Source: Malacoraja senta
Lineage: Eukaryota
Reading direction: 5' to 3'
Length of the DNA: 64,000 nt
NCBI GenBank assembly: GCA_038087875.1
Contig: JAXLNO010003758.1
Location: 1 to 64,000, forward strand
How positions within the stretch are numbered: position 1 is the first letter of the stretch; each line of letters opens with the position of its first letter. The translations under genes and the position numbers were made by a program. The notes under the pieces were generated by a model that was not told where the DNA came from, made no database searches, and saw only the letters and a list, made by a program, of their open reading frames with translations. Below, one piece after another: positions 22,981 through 34,113 of the stretch.

Positions 22981-25914
22981 TTTTTTTTTAAATTTCAAAA
23001 TATACTTTATTCAAGTAATAAATATATACAATACGTGAACCGTGCGAAAAATTAATCCGGCATTTTCGGAGGCTATACAAATTGTCCAATGCAGTTAATA
23101 CATTTTTTTTCAAATTCCACAAATCCGTCCCCCACCCGTGCCACTCATGTGGCCCCCTGGCGTGGGATACCTTCCCTTATTTTGAGGGGTGTCTCCACCA
23201 TACCGTGCCCCCCATGTCCAGCAGCGGGAGGACCCTAGACTGTGGCCCTCCCCCATCGAGCCTTGGCGTTGGCTGCACCAAGCTTCAGTGCGTCCCTCAG
23301 CACGTACTCCTGCAGTCTGCAGCGGGCCAGTCGGCAACATTCCCTGACGGACATCTCGCTCTGCTGGGTGGTGAACAACGCTCGGGCAGACCAAATAGCG
23401 TATTTCGCTGAGTTGATGACCTTCCAGCAGCATTCGATGTCAGTCTCTGAATGTGTCCCTGGGAACAGTCCGTAAATCACAGAGTCCTCTGTGACGGAGC
23501 TGTTCGGGATAAAGCGTGCCAGGGATCCCTGCATACTTCTCCAGATTCTTTTTGCAAATCCACACTCTGCGAAGAGGTGGGCAACCGTCTCCTCTCCATA
23601 GCAGCCGTCCCGTGCGCTGGCAGTGAGGTTCCCGACGGTGCAGGAAAGATCTGACTGGGAGGGCTCCCCTCACCACCAGCCAAGCCAGGTCTTGGTGCTT
23701 GTTGGTGAGTTCTGGCGATGAGGCATTTTGCCAGACAAGCTGGGCAGTCTGCTCTGGGAACCACGCCACCGGATCAATCGAGTCCTTTCCCTGCAGTGCC
23801 TGCAGGACGTTCTGTGCTGACCACTGCCCAATGGACATGTGGTCAAAGGTGTTGGTCCGGAAGAACCTTTCCACAGACGACAGATGGGGCAGCAATGTCC
23901 AGCTGACTGGCACATTGCATGGCATCTGCGCCAGGCCCATCCTTCGCATCCTTCAGCAGGTAGTGACACTTGGTGCCCATGTGCCTTGGCTCTACACTCC
24001 GCCTGATGCAGCCACACACAAAGGTGGCCATCAGGGTGAGGGCGACGTTGGGCACGCTTTTACCCCCGTTGTCTGCTGACTTGTACATTGTGGCCAGTCG
24101 CACCCGGTCTATTCTCGACCCCCAGATGAACTGGAAGGCGGCCCGGGTGATCCCTGTGGCGTAGGAGGGAGGGACAGGCCACACTTGCGCCAAGTACAGC
24201 AGCCCCGAGAGCACCTCACACCTGATGACCACATTTTTTCCGGTTATGGAGAGGAGCGTTGCCTCCACAGCTCCAGCTACTTCCCCACCTTGACTATCCG
24301 CTCCAGCCAATTCTTGTTACACGCCTCAGCCCCCCCGAACCAGATCCCCAGCACCTTCAAGAAGTCAGGCTTGATGGTGAAGGGGACAGAAGTTCGGTCG
24401 GGCCAGTTGCCAAAGAGCATGGCCTCCCTCTTCCTGCGGTTCACCCTGGCTCCCGTGGCCGACTCAAACTGGTCGCAGATACTAATCAGTCTGCGGACCG
24501 ACCCTGGATCCGAGCAGAAGACAGCGACATCGTCCATGTACAGGGAAATTTTGACGAATGCCCCCACTGCCTGGCAATGTCACTCCTCTTATGCTCGCAT
24601 ATTCCTGATGGACTCGGCAAAAGGTTCAATACAGCAGATAAACAAGACAGGAGAGAGAGGGCACCCCTGCCTGACTCCAGACCTTACAGGGAAACTGTCT
24701 GATTCCCACCCATTGATTTGGACTGCACTACGGATATTGGTGTAGAGCAGTTTGATCCAATTTCGGATTCCCTCCCCAAAACCCATTTTGGAGAGCACGT
24801 CCCTCATGAACGTGTGCGATATCCTGTCGAAGGCCTTCTCCTGGTCCAAGCTGACTAGGCAGGCATCCACCCGTCTGTCCTGCACGTAGGCGATGGTATC
24901 TCTCAGCAGCAGGTACAGCACAGGTTTGTGTTGGATCACCTGTCCCAGAGCTGACTTGACCCGGTTGGCGATGGCCTTAAACAGGATCTTGTAATCTACA
25001 TTCAACAATGTGATGGGTCTCCAATTCTTTATATCCTTCATCTCCCCCTTCTGCTTGTAGATTAGGGTGATGCTGCCATTCCTCATGGAGTCTGACATGC
25101 TGCTGGCTAGAAGCATGTCGTTGTACACTTCCAGCAGGTCCGGGCCCACCCAGTCCCACAGAGCCGAATACAACTCGGCCGGTAAGCCATCGCTTCCGGG
25201 AGTTTTACTCGAGTCAAAGGAACGGATGGAGCCAGTCAGCTCCTCTAGGGTCAGTGGTTGGTCCAGACTCTCCCGCTTGATGTTTTCCAAGACCTCCGTG
25301 ATAGAGGACAGGAAGTTCTGGGAGGCGGTGCTGTCTGTGGCCTTTTTGTCGTACAAATCCGTGTAAAAGGATTTGCAGATCCTCAGCATGTCCGTCTGCG
25401 AGGATGTTACCGAGCCGTCCTCTTCCCTAAGGCTGTTCATCACAGAGCTTCCCCTGTGAACCTTATGGAAGAAGAAACGTGAGCACGTCTCATCCTGCTG
25501 CACATGGCGGACCCTGGATCGGAAGATGATCTTGGAAGATTCAGACATAAAGAGCCGAGCTTGCTGGTCCTTCACCTCTCTAAGTTCCTCCCTCACATCC
25601 ACCCCTCTCGACTGCAGAAGGAGCAGTTGTTGCAAATCTGTCTGGAGTTGGCACAATTCCCTCTGACTCTGTCTTGCTCTCTGAACCCCTTTAACTATGA
25701 AGAACCTCTTAATGTTCTCCTTGGTTGCTTCCCACCAGCGTGTCGGGGAGTCAAAGAGGGGCCTCACCGTTCTCCAACATGCGTAGTCCCTCTTTAGCTC
25801 CTCAACGTTCTCTGGGGTCAACAGCTTCATATTTAACTTCCACGTCCCCCTGCCTGCCTTCCGGTCCTCCTGTAGGTGACAGAAAGCCCGAAGGAGGCAG
25901 TGGTCAGAGAAGAA
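22981..25914 (-). mobile_element. Tx1-clade (L1 superfamily) LINE, 5'-truncated, frameshifted
   Basis: ORFs 24589-25950 (SDH...GRGTWKLN, KTPGSDGLPAE, NWRPITLLNVDYKI, LDQEKAFDR, GVRQGCPLSP), 24277-24567 (LYMDD), 23843-24310, 23440-23949 and 23110-23433; A-rich 3' end at 22981. Confidence 0.92.
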
Positions 25915-26109
25915 CTTTTCACTGTACATGTGACAATAAACCCGACTCACTGTCTCTCAGTCCTCTCATTGATGTGGATATCTGCACTAATTGGTGTCTC
26001 TCAGTCCCTCTCTCTCACCAGGATATCTGTACACCTGGCAGGGGAGAAACCTTGATCACCAAGGAGGTTCTCCCAGGACGAGTATTTGAGTAAAAGAGAC
26101 TCTCTGTTC

Positions 26110-26345
26110 TTATTAGAACAGTTCTGGCGGCCCCTTGGGGACAAGGGCCGTGGATCGCGGAGCAGAATCAGTGACGAGGTTTAGTTGCATGTTAACCAGA
26201 CAACAGACGGACAATATATGATTACAATCGAGCACAGTGAGCAGAAACATGATGAAGGGAATAACATGAATAAAGTTCAGTGCAAGATAAAACCAGTAAA
26301 TTCTGATCAAAGATAGTCCGAGGGTCTCCAATGAGGTAGATAGAG
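26110..26345 (-). mobile_element. L2/Rex-type LINE or SINE 3' fragment
   Basis: Minus strand reads CATTGGAGACCCTCGGACTATCTTTGATCAGAATTTACTGG..., typical 3' UTR-like repeat sequence. Confidence 0.4.
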
Positions 26346-26349
26346 CACA

Positions 26350-27410
26350 GAAGTCAAGCTACAACAGCCAGTCGTGATGCTATGAATGAAGTCCATCTAC
26401 ACCTATATCGGCGACAATCTACGACAATGTATGACCATACCGACAACAAGCTACGACCTTACTGGCAACATGTTACTGTGAATGTAAATCTTGAATAAAC
26501 GCTGTAAGATTGTTCTGTGAAGGTAAAATGGTTTGGCCAGGTGGACTGGATTAAAACATAAAATGTCTGCTGACCAAAGTTGCTTAATATGTAGCTGCCG
26601 GTTTCAAGAAGTTGTGGTCAGGAGAAATACACATTGTCCTGCTGTTACTGCATATTCGCGACTATGGTATTACCCGCACCCGTCTGACTGAGATGGCTGG
26701 CTCTCAGAAGTCTGAGGAATATACAAACCGCCGCGCCCAGAAGTCTGAGGAATGTACCTGTCTTATCTCTAGTATTGTTCCACTAAATAACACCTCCCAA
26801 TATGTACGTGCCTGTTATCCTGACCATTGCGTACGTGTCTGTTGCTTTGTTTCAGTAATATGGGAGGCATAAACCGTAGCCTTAAAGTATATAAGGCATT
26901 ACGAATAAAGGCATTGAGCTTGACTCTTTGCTAGGTTGCTAACCTGTGTAAAGACTCCTGCTGAATAAACGTACATTTAAACCAACCCAGGTGTCCGGTC
27001 GATTATTGTCGAAACAACCGATGTAAGAGAAAATGGAGACTCACACTACGACAGCTGGCGACCATCGGCAACAGTTGACGTGACTAGCTACATCAGGCTA
27101 CGACAGTGACTCGTCCGTGGGTCACCTTTTTCTCCAGGATAGGGCCCACCCAGTGTCTTCAGCTCCTGAAACAGCTCTGGGGGAAGCCTGGTGAAGTTTC
27201 TGAAGGCATCCTCATCTTCTTGCTGGAGCTCAATCGTCAGGTTGTCATACTGGCCCAACCTGGGTCTCTACAGGGACAAGGGCTTCAACCACGCACACCT
27301 CTTCTTGGGCTTCCTCTTCCCCATTCTTCTTGTCCTTCTGTCTTGCTGATCTTTAAGCATGAGGGCTGCTGCAAGCAGCAGGGCTTCTTCTTGTGAGAGC
27401 AATGCAATTA
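26350..27410 (-). mobile_element. PIF/Harbinger transposon remnant with a transposase N-terminal fragment
   Basis: Minus strand of ~27120-27400 translates ...KKRCAWLKPLSL*RPRLGQYDNLTIELQQEDEDAFRNFTRLPPELFQEL..., the W.KP...G.Y..L..EL..ED...FRNF.R...F.EL pattern of Harbinger transposases; flanked by CTACGAC-rich subterminal repeats. Confidence 0.6.
26477..27045 (+). mobile_element. Solo LTR (ERV-like)
   Basis: Termini TGTGA...TCACA, internal TATATAA (~26888) and AATAAA, near-perfect 4-bp TSD (TTAC/CTAC). Confidence 0.6.
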
Positions 27411-27411
27411 T

Positions 27412-30400
27412 AAACCTAGCAATTATAGACCTGTTAGTTTGACGTTAGTGGTGGGCAAATTAATGGAAAGGATACTTAGAGATAATATATATAAGCATCT
27501 GGATAAGCAGAGTCTGATTAGGAAGTCAACATGGATTTGTGCCTGGAAGGTCATGTTTGACTGATCTTCTTGAATTTTTCAAAGAGGTTACTAGGGAAAT
27601 TGATGAGGGTAAAGCAGTGGATGTTGTCTATATGGACTTCAGTAAGGCCTTTGACAAGGTTCCTCATGGAATGTTGGTTAAGAAGATTCAATTGTTGGGT
27701 ATTAATGGTGGAGTAGCAAGATGGATTCAACAGTGGCTGAATGGGAGATGCCAGAGAGTAATGGTGGATGGCTGTTTGTCAGGTTGGAGGCCGGTGACTA
27801 GTGGGGTGCCTCAGGGGTCTGTGTTGGGTCCACTGTTGTTTGTCATTTACATCAATGATCTGGATGATGGTGTGGAAAATTGGATCAGTAAGTATGGAGA
27901 TGATAGTAAGATAGGTGGTGTTTTGGATAATGAAGTCGATTTTCAAAGTCTACAGAGAGATTTAGGCCATTTGGAAGAGTGGGCTGAAAGATGGCAGATG
28001 GAGTTTAATGCTGATAGATGTGAGGTGCTGCATCTCGGCAGGACAAATCAAAATAGGACGTACATGGTAAATGGTAGCGAATTGAGTAATGCAGTTGAAC
28101 AGAGGGATCTAGGAATAACTGTGCATAGTTCCCTGAAGGTGGAATCTCATGTACTGTAGATAGGGTGGTAAAGAAAGCTTTTGGTGTGCTGGCCTTTATA
28201 AATCAGAGCATTAAATATAGAAGTTGGGATGTAATGTTAAAATTGTACAAGGCATTGGTGAGGCCAATTCTGGAGTATGGAGTACAATTTTGGTCGCCTA
28301 ATTATAGGAAGGATGTCAACAAAATAGAGAGAGTACAGAGGAGATTTACTAGAATGTTGCCTGGGTTTCAGCAACTAAGTTACAGAGAAAGGTTGAACAA
28401 GTTCGGTCTTTATTCTTTGGAGCGCAGAAGGTTAAGGGGGGACTTGATAGAGGTCTTTAAAATGATGAGCGGGTTAGACAGAGTTGACGTGGATAAGCTT
28501 TTCCCATTGAGAGTAGGGAAGATTCAAACAAGGGGACATGACTTGAGAAGTAAGGGACAGAAGTTTAGGGGTAACATTAGGGGGAACTTCTTTACTCAGA
28601 GAGTGGTAGCTGTGTGGACGGGTTGCACTTGAACCCGAGGGGGACCACTATCCTGGCGGGGAGATTTGCAAAGGCTACTGGGGAGACTTTAAACTAGAAC
28701 GGTTGGGGGAAGGGACACAAATAGAGAAACCTAGTGGAAAATGTGGGAGGCAGGAGGCAGAGAAGGGAAGCACTCGGACCCAAAATGTAGGGGAGAAAGA
28801 AGAAAAAGATAATAAACAGAGAATAAGTGGTGGAGGGTTTCTTAAATGTGTATATATTAATGCTAGGAGCATTGTAAGAAAGGTGGATGAGCTTAGAGCC
28901 TGGATTGACACCTGGAAGTATGATGTTGTGGCGATCAGTGAAACATGGTTGCAGGAGGGCTGTGATTGGCAAATAAATATTCCAGGATTTCATTGCTTCA
29001 GGGGTGATAGAATTGGAGGGGCAAGAGGTGGGGGTGTTGCATTGCTTGTCAAGGAAGATATTACAGCAGTGCTTTGGCAGGATAGATTAGAGTGCTCGTC
29101 TAGGGAGGCTATTTGGGTGGAACTGAGAAATGGGAAAGGGGTAGCAACACTTATAGGGGTGTATTATAGACCGCCAAATGTGGAGCGAGAATTGGAAGAG
29201 CAAATATGTAAGGAGATAGCAGATATTAGTAGTAAGCACAAGGTAGTGATTGTGGGAGATTTCAATTTTCCACACATAGACTGGGAAACACATTCTGTAA
29301 AAGGACTGGATGGTTTGGAGTTTGTAAAATGTGTGCAAGATAGTTTTTTGCAGCAATACATAGAGGTACCTACTAGAGAAGGGGCAGTGCTGGACCTCCT
29401 GTTAGGAAATGAGAGAGGGCAGGTGGCGGAGGTATGCGTCGGGGAGCACTTCGGGTCCAGTGATCACAATACCATTAGTTTCAATATAATTATGGAGAGG
29501 GTCAGAACTGGACCTAGGGTTGAGATTTTTGTTTGGAGAAAGGCTAACTTTGAGGAGATGCGAAAGGATTTAAAAGGAGTGAATTGGGACATGTTGTTTT
29601 ATGGGAAGGATGTAGAAGAAAAATGGAGGACATTTAAGGGTGAAATTGTAAGAGTACATAATCTTTATGTCCCTGTTCGGTTGAAAGGAAATAGTAAAAA
29701 ATGGAAAGAGCCATGGTTTTCAAGGGAAATTGGACACTTGGCTCGGAAAAAGAGAGAGATCTACAATAATTATAGGCAGCATAGAGTAAATGAGGTGCTT
29801 GAGGAGTATAAAGAATGTAAAAAGAATATTAAGAAAGAAATTAGAAAAGCTAAAAGAAGATATGAGGTTGCTTTGGCAAGTAAGGTGAAAGTAAATCCAA
29901 AGGGTTTCTACAGCTATATTAATAGCAAAAGGATAACAAGGAATAAAATTGGTCCATTAGAGAGTCAGAGTGGACAGCTATCTGCAGAGCCAAAAGAGAT
30001 GGGGGAGATATTGAACAATTTCTTTTCTTCGGTATTCACGAAGGAGAAGGATATGGAATTATGTGAAATTATGTGAATTATATGGAATTATGGAACAAGC
30101 AGAGTAGCAATGGAAACTGTGAGATTCAAAGAAGAGGAGGTGCGGACACTTTTGAAAAATATGAAAACGGATAAGTCTCCAGGTCCTGACAGGATATTCC
30201 CTAGGACATTGAGGGAAGTTAGTGTAGAAATAGCAGGGGCTATGACAGAAATATTTTAAATGTCATTAGAAACGGGAATAGTGCCGGAGGATTGGCGTAC
30301 TGCGCATGTTGTTCCGTTGTTTAAAAAGGGTTCGAAGAGTAAACCTAGCAATTATAGACCTGTTAGTTTGACGTCAGTGGTGGGCAAATTAATGGAAAGG

Positions 30401-31996
30401 ATACTTAAAGATAATATATATAAGCATCTGGATAAGCAGGGTCTGATTAGGAACAGTCAACATGGATTTGTGCCTGGAAGGTCATGCTTGACTAATCTAC
30501 TTGAATTTTTCGAAGAGGTTACTAGGGAAATTGATGAGGGTAAAGCAGTGGATGTTGTCTATATGGACTTCAGTAAGGCCTTTGACAAGGTTCCTCATGG
30601 AAGGTTGGTTAAGAAGATTCAATTGTTGGGTATTAATGGTGGAGTAGCAAGATGGATTCAACAGTGGCTGAATGGGAGATGCCAGAGAGTAATGGTGGAT
30701 GGCTGTTTGTCAGGTTGGAGGCCGGTGACTAGTGGGGTGCCTCGGGGGTCTGTGTTGGGTCCACTGTTGTTTGTCAGGTACATCAATGATCTGGATGATG
30801 GTGTGGAAAATTGGATTAGTAAGTATGCAGATGATACTAAGATAGGTGGTGTTGTGGATAATGAAGTAGATTTTCAAAGTCTACAGAGAGATTTAGGCCA
30901 TTTGGAAGAGTGGGCTGAAAGATGGCAGATGGAGTTTAATGCTGACAAATGTGAGGTGCTACATCTCGGCAGGACAAATCAAAATAGGACGTACACGGTA
31001 AATGGTAGCGAATTGAGGAATGCAGTTGAACAGAGGGATCTTGGAATAACTGTGCATAGTTCCCTGAAGGTGGAATCTCATGTAGATAGGGTGGTAAAGA
31101 AAGCTTTTGGTGTGCTGGCCTTTATAAACCAGAGCATTGAATATAGAAGTTGGGATGTAATGTTAAAATTGTACAAGGCATTCGTGAGGCCAATTCTGGA
31201 GTATGGAGTACAATTTTGGTCGCCTAATTATAGGAAGGATGTCAACAAAATAGAGAGACTACAGAGGAGATTTACTGGAATGTTGCCTGGGTTTCAGCAA
31301 CTAAGTTACAGAGAAAGGTTGAACAAGTTAGGTCTTTATTCTTTGGAGCGCAGAAGGTTAAGAGTGGACTTAATAGAGGTCTTTAAAATTATGAGCGGGT
31401 TAGACAGAGTGGACGTGGATAAGCTTTTCCCATTGAGAGTAGGGAAGATTCAAACAAGGGGACATGACTTGAGAATTAAGGGACAGAAGTTTAGGGGGAA
31501 CATTAGGGGGAACTTCTTTACTCAGAGAGTGGTAGCTGTGTGGAATGAGCTTCCAGTGGAAGTGGTGGAGGCAGGTTCGATGTTATCCTTTAAAAATAGA
31601 TTGGATGGGTATATGGACGGGAAAGGAATGGAGGGTTTTGGTCTGAGTGCAGGTAGATGGGACTAGGGGGAAGTATTTATTTAAAAAAAATAATTTTTAA
31701 TTAAAAAAAAATGTTCGGCACGGACTTGAAGGGCCGAGATGGCCTGTTTCCGTGCTGTTATGGTTATATGGTTATATGGAATGAGCTTCCAGTGGAAGTG
31801 GTGGAGGCAGGTTCGATTTTATCCTTTAAAAATAGATTGGATGGGGATATGGACGGGAAAGGAATGGAGGGTTATGGTCTGAGTGCAGGTACTGTAGATG
31901 GGACTAGGGGGAAGACAGAAGGAAAAAAAAATGTTCGGCACGGACTTGAAGGGCCGAGATGGCCTGTTTCCGTGCTGTAATGGTTATATGGTTATA
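27412..31996 (+). mobile_element. Outer CR1 copy (27412-28618 and 31777-31996) split by the insertion of another CR1
   Basis: The sequence breaks at GTAGCTGTGTGGA (28618) and resumes at TGGAATGAGCTTCC (31777); ORFs 27539-28159 and 28165-28632. Confidence 0.88.
28619..31776 (+). mobile_element. Inner CR1 copy, near-complete ORF2
   Basis: ORFs 28703-30076 (endonuclease: YINARSI, ISETWL, GDFN, SDHN) and 30260-31666 (RT, YADD); (TGGTTATA)n tail. Confidence 0.95.
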
Positions 31997-32000
31997 ATCC

Positions 32001-32680
32001 TGTCAGATGTTGGAAAGAACACATTATAGTGGCGCCTACTGGCGCACACAGGTATCGAACCCGGCGTTCGGAAGCCGCGGTCACGTGACTCGGGAGGGGC
32101 TGCTTGTTTTCGCGCGGTTTTGCTCTCGCGCGCTAGTTCAGCACTGACCACCGATGTGGCCAGACATGTCCAGAGAACCTGTTTACTGAAAAGTTAATTT
32201 TGTTCAGTTGTCATTCTTGTAACTGCCAAATTGGTAACCCTGACCTGTCTACCCGTCGTTAGACAAGAGAATTATGCAGGAAGACAACGTTTCCACAGAA
32301 TCAGGGCTCACCGTCTTTCAAATTGCCAGCGTTTTGGCCTGACCAACCTCAGGTGTGGTTCGCCCACGTTGAGGCACAGTTTCACCTCCATCGCATCGTA
32401 GCGGATGACACAATGTATTTCCATGTGGTGGGGGCTTTGCCGCAGGACTGTGCCTCGAGGTTGTTGCCCTACATCAGGGACCCGCCGTCCATCGCCAAAT
32501 ACGAAGGGCTGACGGCCCTGCTGCTCCACGCTTATGGTCTCAGCCACAGAGACAGGGCAGCGAAGCTGCTGCACATGGACAGTGTCGGCGACCGGCGGCC
32601 ATCCACCATCATGGCGAAGATGTTAGCCCTGATGGACGGGCACCGCCCATGTCTGCTTTTCTGGAGCAGATGCCAGAGGA
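32001..32680 (+). mobile_element. Gypsy (CsRN1-like) LTR retrotransposon 5' end: LTR 32001-32228, PBS and gag start
   Basis: TGTCAG...CTGCCA termini; PBS TGGTAACCCTGAC resembles the tRNA-Trp-type TGGTGACCCCGAC; gag KLPAFWPDQPQVWFAHVEAQF...GDRRPS; truncated by CR1. Confidence 0.85.
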
Positions 32681-34113
32681 TTGGGAAACTTTCATAGGAC
32701 AACAGAAGGAAACAAAACGGGCAATACGGGCTGAAAAGATGAAGTACGAAGGGAAGCTGGCCAGGAATGTAAAGAAGGACAGTAAAAGCTTCTTTAAATA
32801 TGTTAAGGGAAAAAGAGTTGCAAAGTCAAATGTGGGTCCCTTGAAGGCAGACACAGGTGAAATTATTATGGGCAACAAGGAAATGGCAGAAGAGTTGATT
32901 AGGTACTTCGGATCTGTCTTCACTAAGGAAGAGACAAACAATCTCCCAGATGTACTGAAGGACAGAGAATCTAAGGGGGTAGAGGAACTGAAAGAAATTT
33001 TCATTAGGCGAGAAATAGTATTGGGTAGGCTAATGGGACTGAAGGATGATAAATCCCCTGGGCCTGATGGTCTGCATCCCAGGGTCCTCAGGGAGGTGGC
33101 TCTAGAAATAGTGGATGCATTGGTGATCATTTTCCAATGTTTAATAGATTCAGGATCAGTTGCTGTGGATTGGAGGATAGCTAATGTTATCCCACTTTTC
33201 AAGAAAGGAGTGAGAGAGAAAACGGGGAATTACAGACCAATTAGCCTGACTTCGGTGGTGACATTTGGATAGCAGTAAAAGGATTAGTCCAAGTCAACAA
33301 GGATTTATGAAAGGGAAATCATGCTTGACTAATCTTCTGGAGTTTTTTGAGGATGTGACAAGTAAAATGGATGAAGGGGTGCCAGTGGATGTAGTGTATC
33401 TAGACTTTCAGAAAGCCTTTAATAAGGTCCCGCACGAGAGACTGGTGACTCAAATTAGAGCACATGGTGTTGGGGGTAGGGTGTTGACATGGATAGAAAA
33501 TTAGTTGGCAGACCGGACGCAAAGAGTAGGAGTGAACGGGTCCTTTTCAGATTAGCAGGCAGTGGCGAGTGGAGTGCCGCAAGGCTCGGTGTTGGGGCCG
33601 CAACTGTTTGCCATATATATTAATGATTTGGAAGAGGGAATTAGGAGCAACACTAGCGAGTTTGCGGATGACACAAAACTGGGTGGCAGTGTGAACTGTG
33701 AAGTGGATATATATGTGTGGATATATATATATGTGTGTATATATATACACATGGTAAATGGAAGTGAATTACATGGTAAATGGTAGCGAATTACATGGTA
33801 AAAGGTAGCGTATTGAGGAATGTAGTTGAACATAGGGATCTAGGAATAACTGTGCATAGTTCCCTGAAGGTGGAATCTCATATAGATAGGGTGGTAAAGA
33901 AAGCATTTGGTGTGCTGACCTTTATAAATCAGAGCATTGAGTATAGAAGTTGGGATGTAATGTTAAAATTGTACAAGGCATTGGTGAGGCCAATTCTGGA
34001 GTATGGTGTACAATTTTATTCGCCAAATTATAGGAAAGATGTCAACAAAATAGAGAGAGTATAGAGGAGATTTACTAGAATGTTGCCTGGGTTTCAGCAA
34101 CTAAGTTACAGAG
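32681..34113 (+). mobile_element. Composite CR1: one subfamily to ~33712, another from ~33765
   Basis: ORFs 32649-33272, 33265-33504 and 33562-33786 match the 9790-11702 family; 33780-34064 matches the 12455-14526 family; the junction holds (TA)n and repeated ACATGGTAAA. Confidence 0.85.
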
